Assembly: GCF_037042905.1 (NCBI RefSeq)
Contig: NC_087252.1
Span: 24,058,001-24,122,000 of the forward strand
Length of the DNA: 64,000 bases
Direction: 5' to 3'
DNA from: Lytechinus pictus
Taxonomy: Eukaryota
The notes under the pieces are model-generated. The model saw only the letters and a list, made by a program, of their open reading frames with translations, had not been told where the DNA came from and made no database searches. Position numbers and translations under genes: made by a program. Every line of letters begins with the position of its first letter. Position 1 is the first letter of the stretch. Below, in pieces: positions 49,287-61,876 of the stretch.

Positions 49287-49819
49287 AGGAGAATGAAACT
49301 CTTGGAGCAAGTTAGCTTTTGTGAAAGCAGAAAAATCAAAGAATAAGATCAACAAAAGTTTGAGTATGCTATGGAGATCCTCCCATTGGCAATGCGACCA
49401 AGATCTATGATGTCACAGATGAACAACTCTCCCCTTTTGGACACTGAAAATATACCACAAAACATCTCTTTTTGCTCATTCTAATCATATGACAAACGAT
49501 TCATCAATGATATAATGTTGTGAAACCTCTGTACTTGTCCTCTCATATAAAGAGAACACCTCACCTTGTGATAGAATCTATAAAAGTGAGAATATAAGTG
49601 AAATAAGTACTAAAGTAATGAGGGAGTTGTACGTGTGTGACATCACAGATCTTGGTCGCATTGCCAATAGGAAGATCTACATGGCATTAGTGATCTCAAT
49701 ATTCAAATGCTCATAACTTTCTTATTATTCATTCAATCTTCCTCAAACTTTCAACAATATGTTTCTTTGATTTTTCTCTTTGATATGGATTCAGCTGGTT
49801 TCAAGGGTTTCATTCTCCT
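49287..49819. mobile_element. TTAA MITE (Kolobok-like), family E
   Basis: TTAA|AGGAGAATGAAAC ... GTTTCATTCTCCT|TTAA; internal inverted TGGCAATGCGACCAAGATCT / AGATCTTGGTCGCATTGCCA. Confidence 0.85.
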
Positions 49820-50394
49820 TTAATTCATTTTATTTCTTGTTTTTATTCACCTATTTATTTATATGAAATGATTATTATTATTATCATTGTTGTAAAAAAT
49901 GGGGATGGTGGGTATACTCGGATGTGAAAATGCAATTGAAGCAGAATGATGGGGGAAGGTAAGGAGTTGCTGCAAGGGTCTTCATTTTCCTTCATTCTCC
50001 TTTCTAACATCCGTTTCCAAGTTTTTACTGTTCCACACATTTTTGATGGACAAATTGTCATATCTTGAAAATGACATGAGGAAACAAAGCACTATTCCTT
50101 TATCACAGGATCAACAACGGGATCAACAGGGAAATGTTTGTTTAGAGAAGAAAACAAAAATGATAACAATAACATTATTGTTTTTGCCCTGAGTAGGAGG
50201 AATCCAAATGTTAATGTTTCCTTTAAGATCAACAGAGGAAGGAAGTACTTCCTTGGTGAATTCATTATGATTGACAAACACTGCCTCAAAAAAGTAACAA
50301 AATGTCAAAATCTTTCCAAAGTTGTCTCCTTCGTACAGGTGAATTTATGATAGTAACAATTATTAGGGAAATGGCACATTAGGTTTTTCAAGTG

Positions 50395-50633
50395 CACAGC
50401 AAAAACTGTGGTGTTAACCGGTGCACATAGAGGACCTCACCAGTTATTTTACACCGGTGTTAAATTGACAGTGTTATTTTAACACCGATAGGTGTTATTG
50501 CAACACCATTGGTTGTTACATGTACACTCTTTGGTGTTATATTCAATCTCTAGGGTGTAATTTTAACACCAGAGGGTGTGGTCCTCTATTAACACCCACT
50601 GGTGTCAGTTTTAACACCACAGTTTTTACAGTG
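50395..50633. mobile_element. CAC-terminal (CACTA/CMC-like) MITE
   Basis: CACAGCAAAAACTGTGGTGTTAA / TTAACACCACAGTTTTTACAGTG; repeated AACACC/GGTGTT motifs. Confidence 0.75.
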
Positions 50634-50695
50634 GGTGATATAAAGAATGTACAGTGTTTATTTGTTTATAAAAGATAGATTATTAATTAGTGCAG

Positions 50696-50852
50696 GGCTC
50701 CGTAACAAAAAGGTTTGCAATCAATCGCTAAATACCAATGACCAATCGAGATCGTCGTTGCACACGCACTCTGTTTACAATACTGACCGGGAACCAATCA
50801 GTGCGGTTCTTTCATACTTGCAATTCTTTGCAAACCTTTGTGTTACGGAGCC
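50696..50852. mobile_element. Harbinger-like MITE with CAG TSD
   Basis: CAG|GGCTCCGTAACA ... TGTTACGGAGCC|CAG. Confidence 0.82.
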
Positions 50853-50855
50853 CAG

Positions 50856-51010
50856 GGGCCCGTTGCATAAAACTTTTTACCTGAGAAAACTCAGGTTGTT
50901 TTTACCGGAGTTTTTGCCCTGTATTAAAGTCAATGGCAGAAATCAGACTAACCTTAGTTTTCAGTTTTTACCAGAGTTTTCTCAGGTAAAAAGTTTTATG
51001 CAACAGGCCC
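50856..51010. mobile_element. Harbinger-like MITE with CAG TSD
   Basis: CAG|GGGCCCGTTGCATAAAACTTTTTACCTGAGAAAACTC ... GAGTTTTCTCAGGTAAAAAGTTTTATGCAACAGGCCC|CAG. Confidence 0.88.
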
Positions 51011-52373
51011 CAGGTGTCCAAGTAATCCTTGAAAGAAATATAGTAATTGAATGAGTAATCTAGATAACAGTTCCCAAGGGGATTTTGCTCTGTTACAAAT
51101 GACTCATTAAACATGTTTGAAAGTGATGAAAATATTGCACTATGCCAAAATGGCAAAACATAACGCACACCTGTTGATGCATACATGTATGAATAGCTGG
51201 TACTGTCAATCTCTCCTTATAATTTGAATCAGATAAGCATGCAAAAGACACAGACAAGTTATTTGGTTTCTGTAAACATAATTACAAGGAAATTTGGTTT
51301 ACCCATTCAATTTACAAAATACTTCTAATAAACATTTGTAAGAATAAAATATCTATAATATTTATAACAATAAATATATCTTAAAGAAAAAGTGGTATTT
51401 CCAATTGCGACTTTCATAATAATTTCATTCAAAGTTATGTCACTATGTTTGCAAAGCCCTCCCCTGGAATTTTCTTTTTTTAATATGATAATAGCCAGTC
51501 GTCATCATTGACATCATTATCATTATTAAAGTCCACTTTCAAAAACCTCCACATGTTTAAAACAGCTCTATTTTAACCTCTATGTCTTTAGAGGTCTTCA
51601 TGTTTATTTTCCCTCATACTAATCCTTATACTTGAAAAAGTATCAGGAATCTAGATTTGGCAGTAAATAAAAATCAGAAGATGGCCAAGTAGAAAAGTTT
51701 ACTCCTCGGAAATTCCCTTCAGCTGGGGTTGTTTACGAATGAGAAAATAACAATCATGACATTTCTTTAGTTGCATTATTTACATTATTAAAACCAATTT
51801 AAGATTCATTTTTACATTATCATTTATGGTAGTATATGGGTTAACCTCTTCGGGTTCTGAAATACATATTTTCTCTCGGGAGGAAGTGGAGGTCTGCTTC
51901 GCTGACTATAACTTCCTTCATATCTTCAGTCATCCTGATATTAAGCGTATTTTCTGCTTTTATCTCACGTGAACTTAAAACAAATTTAGGCTATGTTGTA
52001 TCTCTCTCTACCTTTATCTTTTAGTAATGATGTTTTGTTTTTGCTTCTATTACAATCCTTATTTTTCAGGGATTGCCTAACCATTTTGCTATCATGAACT
52101 GTATAATTTTTTTACTATTTATTAAGTTTGAACCAATTGAAATTGAATTGTTACTAACGTGGCATGGTCTTGTCGATAAATCATCAAGCTGGAAGGGTAC
52201 ATGGTTAAAAAAATCACAAGATAATTGGCATAAATTCAAGATATTTATTGTTTTGTAATGTTAGAGACTTCTAATAATGTCATTGTCATGCACGATATAA
52301 GCGAGTATGATTATTATTATTATTTAAGCCGAGCTCCAAGGTATGATTTTATAATTTCATAATTTGCCTTTAA

Positions 52374-52856
52374 AGGGGAAGTTCACCCTGACAAAAACTT
52401 TGTTGTAAAAATAGCAGAAGAAATAATAAAAAATATTTGTGAAGGTTTGAGGAAAATCCAATAAAGATCAAGAAAGTTATTAGAATTTCAAGTTTTTTAT
52501 TTGTGACGTCAAAAAGGAGCAGCTGCCCCATGTGTTATGTCATACAAAATGCATTAATTTCATATTTTAATGGTTCGTGCTGACTTATTTTTTATTTCAT
52601 TTTTAGGAGCGGGTGTGAAATAATTTGTGTATGAAGGTACAATAAAAACCATTGTCAATTTTCTGAGAAAACAACATTTCATTCAGTTTTTGCCATCCGA
52701 TATGTAAGAAAGCTGCTCGCATATGACATCACAAATCAAATAATCAAAATTCTAATAACTTTTTTTTGATGGATTTTCTTCAAACCTTTGCCAATATTTT
52801 TCATTATTTTTTTTGCTATTTTTACAGTAAACTTATTATCAGGGTGAGCTTCCCCT
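52374..52856. mobile_element. TTAA MITE (Kolobok-like), family D
   Basis: TTAA|AGGGGAAGTTCACCCTGA ... TCAGGGTGAGCTTCCCCT|TTAA with long imperfect arms. Confidence 0.88.
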
Positions 52857-53648
52857 TTAACTTGGGTCGTACATCATCAGTCATGGTTGAATGTTGACAG
52901 GGGGGGGTACCCCAGCCCCTTGCCAAGGGAGTCTAGGATGACATTCATACACCCCCCTGCCGTCACACAGGAAACACATGCCAGCATCTTATCAAGACTT
53001 TACCCCCATTTTCAAAGGGGATCGATCGTCTTCCATCCACAGTACGAACATGTACAAATACCACGCTGCTCTGGATGAGTTTGATCACATTAGGGCATAT
53101 ACTAACTTTAAGTAACTACGGCATTTTCGCAAATACTAACGCAAAGAATCTTTTGTCAAAAGCCCTTAATAACAAAGCAGACTTTGTCGAAAATCGGGTA
53201 AGTTGCTATGATAGCAACTCTGGTAGAAAAGCAACTTGTACTTGCTATGCTAGCAACTTTGCATTTCATAAAAGCACATTCACTGAGATGTCAGCTTGAC
53301 TTTCCAGCGAATTATTTGACTTTCCAGCGAATCATTTGAATAGTCATGGACTCTGGACAAACAACATATTTGCAATTTTCCGTCTGGTCTGAATCTTAAG
53401 ACAATGTGCTGTCCCAATCCACCAACTTTCGACAATGACCTCTAATCATTCCATTGTGATTTTAAGAGGAGCATTTTCAATAGGTTCTCAATGTTCCAGA
53501 AAGCATCTCCTATAAATGTCTAAAGCCATGACATGCATTGGACAATTCTGAAGTTATCAAATGAACTTATTTTAATGCACAAATGAGAGCCGCATGGTGT
53601 TTGTTACCTTATATAAGAAGGGATATCAGAAAGTGCAATGTCTAGTGG

Positions 53649-53821
53649 CACTGGCGGATCCAGGAGGGGGCACAGCTAGCCCGTGCCCCCCCCCCCCTTC
53701 CCCCCCCCCCCCTTGAGAAGCAAAATTAAAATTTGTAATGTTTAAAGACTTTTTTTTTGCTTGTCAAATTTTTCTTCGGAAAAATGTGCCCCCCTTTTGG
53801 AAAATCCTGGATCCGCCCCTG
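53649..53821. mobile_element. hAT-like MITE
   Basis: CACTGGCGGATCCAGGA / TCCTGGATCCGCCCCTG; 8-bp TSD TCTAGTGG / TCTGGTGG. Confidence 0.85.
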
Positions 53822-54985
53822 TCTGGTGGTGTTTGCTTTTAAAAAAGATATTTAAATTCAACTTTATCCAATGACAGGTACCTACCAGAATAATGGTATA
53901 ATATCAAAATTCACTTTCTTTCTTCTTTTCTTTTTTGGATGGAGGTATAGTATGGCATTGATGGATGTATGTGGTATCTTTGGATAGAGTAGGTCCTACT
54001 GTACTTCATACATAACAAAACAATACTATTCTATGAACAGTAACATAATATTTTTCTTCAAGAATTGTACAAGGTTAGAGAAAGTTACAGAACACCTTCA
54101 TGACTGCTCACTCCTGCATGCTCCACAAAATTTTGAAAAAAAAGTGTTGAGTTTGAAAAAAGGCTTGCGTAATCCCTATGTACATTCAACCTGCAATTCT
54201 GTACTACGGCATGGAAACATCAAAGTAAAGAATTTGGAGGAATATTCTGTGAACCTTTTTTTTTTCTTTGGAAGATGTCTAGAACAGGAAGCCGTAGGTC
54301 GTCAGATAGGAGCGTTCTAACCCCCTCCCTGTCACATCGCATCAGACTAGGGCCTCATTGATAGATACGCTATTTTATGTAAATGTAAACATGCCTTAAG
54401 GGGATACATCAAATAGGAATAATACAACAATTTCAATGAAATACATAGAGAAACCATCTAAAATATTGTTCTTTACATTGTGATCAATCATGTTTATGAT
54501 TATAACATATTTACAATATGATATAATTACATAGATCTTCATTAAAAAATACATTACAAAAATTATGTTAAAGGTCATCTACAATAATTATGGTCTTGTT
54601 TAAAGTTCTAATAGGTTGTGTAAATTTTAAAAAGCTTTTCAATTGTCTAAGATAATCTAAACTCATGTCATATTACATCAATGGTTCTAAGATCATTATT
54701 ATATTCAAATAAAAAGATATGTAGTAAAAACTGCCCCTCTCCATATAAACTTTTCCCAAAGTAAGTAATTTTTGTTTTCATTAAAATTCTCATGTTTCCC
54801 GCTACTTTTTCTATAATAAAGGCCTATTCATTATTTATTGTTCAATGAGTTTATGTTGGTTTTTTCATTGGGGTAAGGTGATGCTTACTTTTTTGCATTA
54901 CAAGAAGTTGGAGGGTTAAAAAAAAAATCAAAATTTAGACCCCCCCCCCCCCTCAATCCACCCATCTTTCCAGTGTCTTCCCTTA

Positions 54986-55416
54986 AGCCCCCATCACATT
55001 TATTCCGAATCAAGCAGAATTGGCCTGAATGAAAGGACTATTGTTTGACCACCAGTTGGTCATTTAAATCTACTTCGAACACCGTTCGAAAATATCCCTC
55101 GAATGTTTTGAACATGACCAAAACCTTCGGGACGGCCAAAAGAAATGACAAAAATATTTTGAATGCACTCACAATGCAGTCAGGATATTTAGAATGCCCC
55201 TAGAATGTCAAAGAACGTAGCACGAATTATCAATCTGACTCCATTGCGGTTCATTTTGACTAGTGTATGATGATACACCTGGTCAATTTACTGAATTTCA
55301 ACTCCAGTTTGGTGAATTCATAAGTTCCTCCCAAAAATTTCTAGATTTTTTGAATATTTTTTTCTTTCCAGCTTCTGCTTGATTCCTGCTGATTCCGAAT
55401 AAGTGTGATGGGGGCT
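54986..55416. mobile_element. PIF/Harbinger-like MITE
   Basis: TTA|AGCCCCCATCACATTTATTC ... GAATAAGTGTGATGGGGGCT|TTA. Confidence 0.85.
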
Positions 55417-56599
55417 TTACAAACTTGTAAAAAAAAAGTATCCCAAACAGAAGCTTTAACACTTTTTTATTATTATGTCGCTGTCAAATAATTGTTTCCT
55501 AACTTGAATAATAGACAGGTATCGAAACAGGTGTACATTACATGACTCTTTGAGTAATCTTGACTCACATTCCCAGCCCCCATCAATTATCACATGCTGA
55601 ACTCCAATGACACCTTCTGTCTGACATTCTACACTTCTGCTGCTTTCATTATGTAACATTCTATGCTCAAGAAATAAAAAGTACATGTTAATTAGACCTA
55701 TTCATTCTCTCATTTCTTTCTCTCTCTCCCTTTTTATTGTTCTTTTCCCTTCTTCTCACTTTGCCTCTTCACTATTTTGACCTTCAAAGTCTTTCCACTA
55801 TTTCTACCTCTGCAACTTGTAAGAACCACGTGTGGCAAAGTCAAGGTTAATATAATAACTTTCTTTCAGTCTTAATCATATTCAATTTCAATTCATTTGC
55901 TCATAAAAATCCATAAAATATACAACATAGGGACTATACAATGCATCATTATTCTAATAGCAATTAAGTACATATATTTGATGAGAGTGACAGCAAGAAA
56001 GAAACAAGCCTAATAATTCACTGAATCTGTATTGATAATAACCCCAAAAAATGAAATTACTAAACGACAATGTAAGGGGGTATGCCGATATAACACTCAA
56101 ACAAACAAACTTGACATTTAATGGCTTGATTTTGACTTCAAAAGGTTTATTAAATGAAACAGGTTGTTTAAAATCTACAGTTAAGATGTTAGGTCCTTGG
56201 AATAAGAGTGTTTTAAATATATATTGTTATCTAGATGAATAACACCCAAAATATTATTTGAAAAAAATATATAATCAAGATGTTAAATATTCTGTTACTT
56301 TATAACCAGAAGTGAAAATCACAGTACATACTATAGGTCGTCTCTCGATGAGGACCACAGTGCTCGCCGAGGTCAAAGAGGGTTAAATGATGCTATAGAA
56401 TTGATCAATTTATTTATTTGTATAAATGGACCACATAGAATTCTATGCCAAGAGGACGAGTGTTTTGAGGAAGCTGAAGTTTGAGATGTAGCCATGATTT
56501 TAGAAGCTTGCAACTTTGGAACTGCCTGAGCAAGCAGCATTTCTAACATTAATGATAAATTCTGCCAAATTGTGGGCCAGAGGTTTGATTTATAATAAA

Positions 56600-56838
56600 T
56601 AGTGATTATAATATGTTGATTTATATAGTGCACTTACTGTATGCATATACTCAACTGCGCTTCAGTACTTGATATATTATATTATTACCCTGGCTGTAGC
56701 TGAGCCGCCATATGTGCTAAAGCATTCAAGGAATGATTCCTACCGGATAAATTCCTTGCCAAAGGAATTCACGCCATGGCTGGGATTCGAACCCACGACC
56801 CTCTGTTTGAAAGTCCAGAGACTAATCAACTGGGCCAA
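56600..56838 (-). mobile_element. SINE family S2, internally deleted
   Basis: Head GGGTTCGAATCCCAGCCATGGCG on the minus strand; lacks the central CCCAGGTGAGG block. Confidence 0.78.
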
Positions 56839-57039
56839 TTATAGCAGTCCAATTTGCAACATTTCAAAATATTTAATCTGATGAAAATTACTAAAAGATG
56901 GTCCACAGGAATACCCTTCTCATGAAAATGTGGGAGATAACAGGAGCGCTACACCCCCCCCCTCCCCCATCACCAAATGATACGCCAGTAGAGCACCCCT
57001 GCAATATCATGAAGAAATTTGCTATAAAACGTGCAAACT

Positions 57040-57319
57040 GGCCCCGTTTTACAAAGAGTTACGATTGATCCAATCAATCGTAACTATGGAAATCCATCAG
57101 TGTCATAATTTTTCTACAGGAAATGTGCAAAATGTCCTTTGTAAACAAAGGAGAACACACCGAACTGTCAAGAAATCAATGAATTTATGGATATCCATGT
57201 ACATTCATATCTAGAAAAGAAATTTGAGCAAACATGCATTGTATTGTACATGTTGACTTTGCTGGCTTTCCATAGTTGCGATTGATCGGATCAATCGCAA
57301 CTCTTTGTAAGACGGGCCC
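57040..57319. mobile_element. MITE family A
   Basis: GGCCCCGTTTTACAAAGAGTTACGATTGATCC ... GGATCAATCGCAACTCTTTGTAAGACGGGCCC. Confidence 0.88.
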
Positions 57320-57399
57320 ATGTCTAAAATTGCTGAATATGAAAACCAGTGTAGTTCAAGTTTGATGCTGACCCACCAGGAAATGATCCGGCCAACCTA

Positions 57400-57641
57400 C
57401 ACTGCAAAAACTCCGGTGTTGATTTAACACCAGCCCGGAATCTATGTATGTCCACACCAGAGAAGTATTGAAACAACACCAGTTTGGAATCAAACCGATG
57501 CTGTTTTAATACTAATTGGTGTTGTATAAACATCTTTCTGGTGTTAGACCAAAACGAAACTGCTGTTGTTTAACACTTCTCTGGTGTGGACATATATAGA
57601 TTCCGGGCTGGTGTTAAATCAACACCGGAGTTTTTGCAGTG
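57400..57641. mobile_element. CACTG-terminal (CACTA/CMC-like) MITE with 2-bp TA duplication
   Basis: TA|CACTGCAAAAACTCCGGTGTTGATTTAACACCAGCCCGGAATCTAT.. exactly mirrored ..TTTTTGCAGTG|TA. Confidence 0.88.
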
Positions 57642-58519
57642 TAAAGAGGAGACAGAATTTGGAGCTGAATACATACAGAGTCCTTGGACTGCGTTCAGAA
57701 GAATTCATAAGTATTTATAAGTGTGTACAATTGAACCAAGCTTCCAGAACAAGCCACTGAACAATTTCTTTATGAATTGAAAATTCTGTAGACTGAAAAG
57801 AAAGCAAACTCAATTTCAATCATTTTAACATCAAATACATTTTATATGCAGTGTCTGTCTGCCAAATGTGTGCCAATATCAAAATCTAACCAGTATGGAC
57901 CTGGTTGTTCCAATATTGGTTCAGCTTTCTGTATTGGTTTCCATGATTTTAGCAAAGGGACATTGTTATGTTGTCACAAAAACAGCGATTGTTGTGAGAA
58001 AGACAGCTGGGTCGGATAGGAAAGGAAGTGACTTTCAGTGGCTTTTGAAGCACTTCAGCAAACACCTGAGTTGTTACTAAAGGGTATTAGCCAAGTGTAC
58101 TTTAAAAAGTGATACATTTATGTATGAAGTTACGTTGTCAAAGGAGGTCTTTACAAGTCTTTAAAGAAATGAAGTATTCTACAACTGAAATTATATATTT
58201 TTCAAATTTTCAGTTGTGTGGGTTTTTTTTCCTGGGGAACCGGTTACCACGCTTTATATTATGCACATGTAGTAAAAATGCTGATTTTTATACAATATTG
58301 TTTACTAAATTAAATTCACAGTAGTTGTTTAAAAGTTACTTTTAAAAAGTGTTTAAAATCTTTTAAGTTTGATTCTAATATTCAATCATCAATAAATTAA
58401 GCATTGGTTGTTTAAATTTCCAAACACTTTTTCAAACTGTTGAATAACCACTGTAAGCAGTGTTATAATCAAGCTTTAAAAAGCATTTACTTTGTGTTGA
58501 TACATTTCCATCGATCTGG

Positions 58520-59090
58520 CATTTTCGTCTGATAATGGATTCTATTTCATTAATGAGAATGAATTGATAATCTAGTATGCATATCTGTTGCTATGTCAAA
58601 AAAGCTTGAGCAATCATCACGTCATCTCAAACGGGTTTGAGTCACTGGTAATCATAAAATATTAATAGAATATAGAGCAATTAGATACTGTACGTTTGAC
58701 ATTACTGTTTTTTAAGTTTCTAATAACCTGAAAATTTGCCTGAGTCTTGTCTGACATAGCACCAAGAAAACTACTGTAAAGTTCAAGTAGTAAACAGTAT
58801 TGCAAAAACAAGCATTATTAAACAGCACTATACTGTGTGTTGCATTGACCTGACATTTGGCTATTGGATTCCATTTCATTTTGAGAATGAACTGATATGT
58901 TGCTATGTCAAGCAAAGCTTGAGCAAGCAACAGGACAACCCAAAGAGGATTTAGTCAAAGTTAATGAAAAAAATGAATGAAATAACAGATAGAGCAATGT
59001 ACTGTAAGTTAAACACATTAAAGTTGTAACTACAAGTATGATTGTTTTTTATAACCTGAGAGTTTGTCTGAGGATTGTCAGACATAGCAT
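58520..59090. repeat. Degenerate two-copy tandem duplication (~320-330-bp period)
   Basis: TGTTGCTATGTCAA..AAGCTTGAGCAA and ATAACCTGA..GACATAGCA each occur twice, colinearly. Confidence 0.75.
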
Positions 59091-59677
59091 TAACAGTTTC
59101 ATTCAACTAAGATCTACTTCCTCACTCCACATCCATGAAGAACAATCATTACAATTCAAATAGGCCTATATTCCTATAACTGCTAATTCTCAAGAAATTA
59201 TACAGCCAATGCAGACAGAAATAAGAGTAACATATTTCATGCAGTTTACTGAGTTCCTGTGTAATCCCATTATGAAATGGATTAATTACATCAAGGAGCA
59301 GCTGCTTGCAATCCTAATCTCCTTGGATTAGCCATATTAAGCCATCAACCTAAAAGCCTAATTCCTTGACCTTAAGAGTGATTTCAAGACATTACTAGGC
59401 CGTGTTCAAGGAGTTATTTGCACGGACTGCCCTTGAGACAAACTTCACCTACTTGGAGGGCAGCTTCTGAACTCTCCCTTGACTTTACTTCATGTCAGTC
59501 AATATTAATATTTTGTATTTTTTGTTCCTGTTGCCATGGCAAACAAAGCTTTTCACATTGCCTCATATTGTATTATTTTCCTACACCTCTTTCCTTTCTG
59601 TTTTTCAGTCCACTATTTTTTTCTCGTTTCACATATTTAATGAAAATGTTACTAGTGCCATATTGTATAAACTCATA

Positions 59678-59993
59678 GGCCTGTATTCTAAAGTCAGGTT
59701 TAATTTAAACTCTGGTTTTAAGTTGTGGTTTAACTATGGAAGGCCAGTTGTTACATAAATCTCTAACAGTAGAGGTTCGATGTATCAGCTCATTTGACTC
59801 CCAAAACATTATTAACTGCCTGGGAAGGATAAGTATGACAACTGTCTTCACCATTAGATAATTAGTGAAGAGCACAGTTAACATTCATGAGAAGCATTCA
59901 CTGTAAACAAAATATTGAAACGTTTGGCTTCCCATAATTCTAGCACAGATTTAGACCATGGTTTAAGTTAAACTCGACTTCAGAAAACAGGCC
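59678..59993. mobile_element. MITE family B (diverged)
   Basis: GGCCTGTATTCTAAAGTCAGG ... CGACTTCAGAAAACAGGCC. Confidence 0.82.
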
Positions 59994-61494
59994 ATGTTGT
60001 TTAGGTATTACACTCCTGACACATTATTTACCTAACTTTAGCCTAGCTGCCAATAAGGCACTAAAAGCATTTCAAGGAACAGTTCTTGCAAGATACCCAT
60101 TTACCTCACCTGGGTCAAGTGTGGCAAATGTGGACTGACACACCATCATGGCTAAACCTATGTGACTTACAATCAATTTTGGTCCAATAACCATTTTGGT
60201 CCAATTATAACTGGTCTAATTGTCACTTAGTCTCATGGCTAGAGGGTCTGATTTCCATTGTGTCTACCCATTATTTACCACTTGGTCAAAAAAAATTGGA
60301 ATTTTCATAAATTCCTTTCTTATCAATATCAATGGGTGTTAGACAAAATGAATACAGCCTAATAGGGAAAAAGAAATAAAAATGGAAATGGGCTAAATGG
60401 CAGGCCAAAATGGTGGTATAGGCCTATAAACTACAATCAGACCATTTTGGATCAGACTCAGACCACATGAAAATAACAGCTAGTAGCAATTTACCTAGAG
60501 CTCTTACTTGTCTGATGGTCATACAATCTACTCTTCTCCAACATCATTAATTCTAAAATTAAAGCCATGTGAACAACTCCAAAGTAACATGACCATTGGG
60601 ATGAAAGCTATTAGAATGCCTGGGTAACGCTTAGACAGGAATAACCGTCGTTTCTGGGGATTTATTTAAGAATTTCTGACATTTTACTAAATTGTTGAGT
60701 GGAGCCAACGTAGTTCAGCAGAACAACCAAAATACAGAGACTGAAGCTTTTGGTCTAGGTAATGCTCAGTTATATGAGTCACTGCAAGCACGTCAATAGG
60801 CTGCTGTGAAAAGACAGGTAGACCAACCTCACACTGCAATATACTGGTGTTATTTAACACCAGCCAATTATATTTCAAAACAGAAGCGTAGAAACAGTAT
60901 CAGTTTGGTTTGGGGCTAGCACCAGATATTTTATGTAAGTAACACCATTCAGAGTCAGTGTTGAAACATCATTTGATTCCAAACAAAACTGGTGTGGTGT
61001 CAATATGTCTTTGGTGTTATCTACACTGAAAGGGTTACGCTTTTAAAGCAACAATTAAATAAATTAATCATTTGAAGAAGTGGTTTACTCATTTACATGT
61101 GGCATATGAAAGTCAATCAAGATTTAAGTAGAAAAATAAAATAATACATCTAAAATGAAAGGATTTCAACAGAATAAATAAAAATTATGAAAACTACTCT
61201 AACATGCAGCTTATGTCATGTAAATACAATTCCACTGTTAAATTGACAGATAGAGTGTGATAGTCAGAATGTTAACCCAACAGAAAGATTGTCATAACAG
61301 CTAGAATAACTCTTGTCTAAGAGTGAGTGTTTAAAGGAAAGAGAGGAAGGAAGGACTCGTTTAAAGAAGGAAAGCTTAATCAGATAAGTATAGGTGAGAA
61401 GGTATGTTGGTTATGAAAGAAACGCAGGTGGTTGGGTGCTAACAAGAAAAGACAGTAGGTGATTAACACCATAGACACTCTGACCTGTATTCTT

Positions 61495-61690
61495 AACACA
61501 TGTCTTCTTTTTTAATGCACACCGAGTTACCAAGAATGCATATAGCATTTCCATTTATTTGAATGCAGGATAAAAGAGCGATGTCTATTAAATGCCTTGC
61601 TCACGGGCATAGGTGCTGTGGCCGGGGATCGAACCCCAGACTTTCCACGTGCAGCCAGGCGCCCTTAGACCACTCGGCCACGGCACCTCC
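61495..61690 (-). mobile_element. tRNA-derived SINE family S3
   Basis: Minus strand GGAGGTGCCGTGGCCGAGTGGTCTAAGG..GGGTTCGATCCCCGG, then GTGAGCAAGGCATTTA body. Confidence 0.82.
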
Positions 61691-61876
61691 ACACTCACTC
61701 TGCCACAGCACATCCACACTTAAAAACAGGCTTAACTAAAACTCTGATCTAAAGTTGTGGTTTACATATGGATAGCCAATTGTGGCGACAGTGTACTGGT
61801 TATCAAATTCCACTGACAAGTTAGCACAACTACTTGCTTCAGTAATGAGTCAAATGTTCATTTTGAAAAAAGACAT

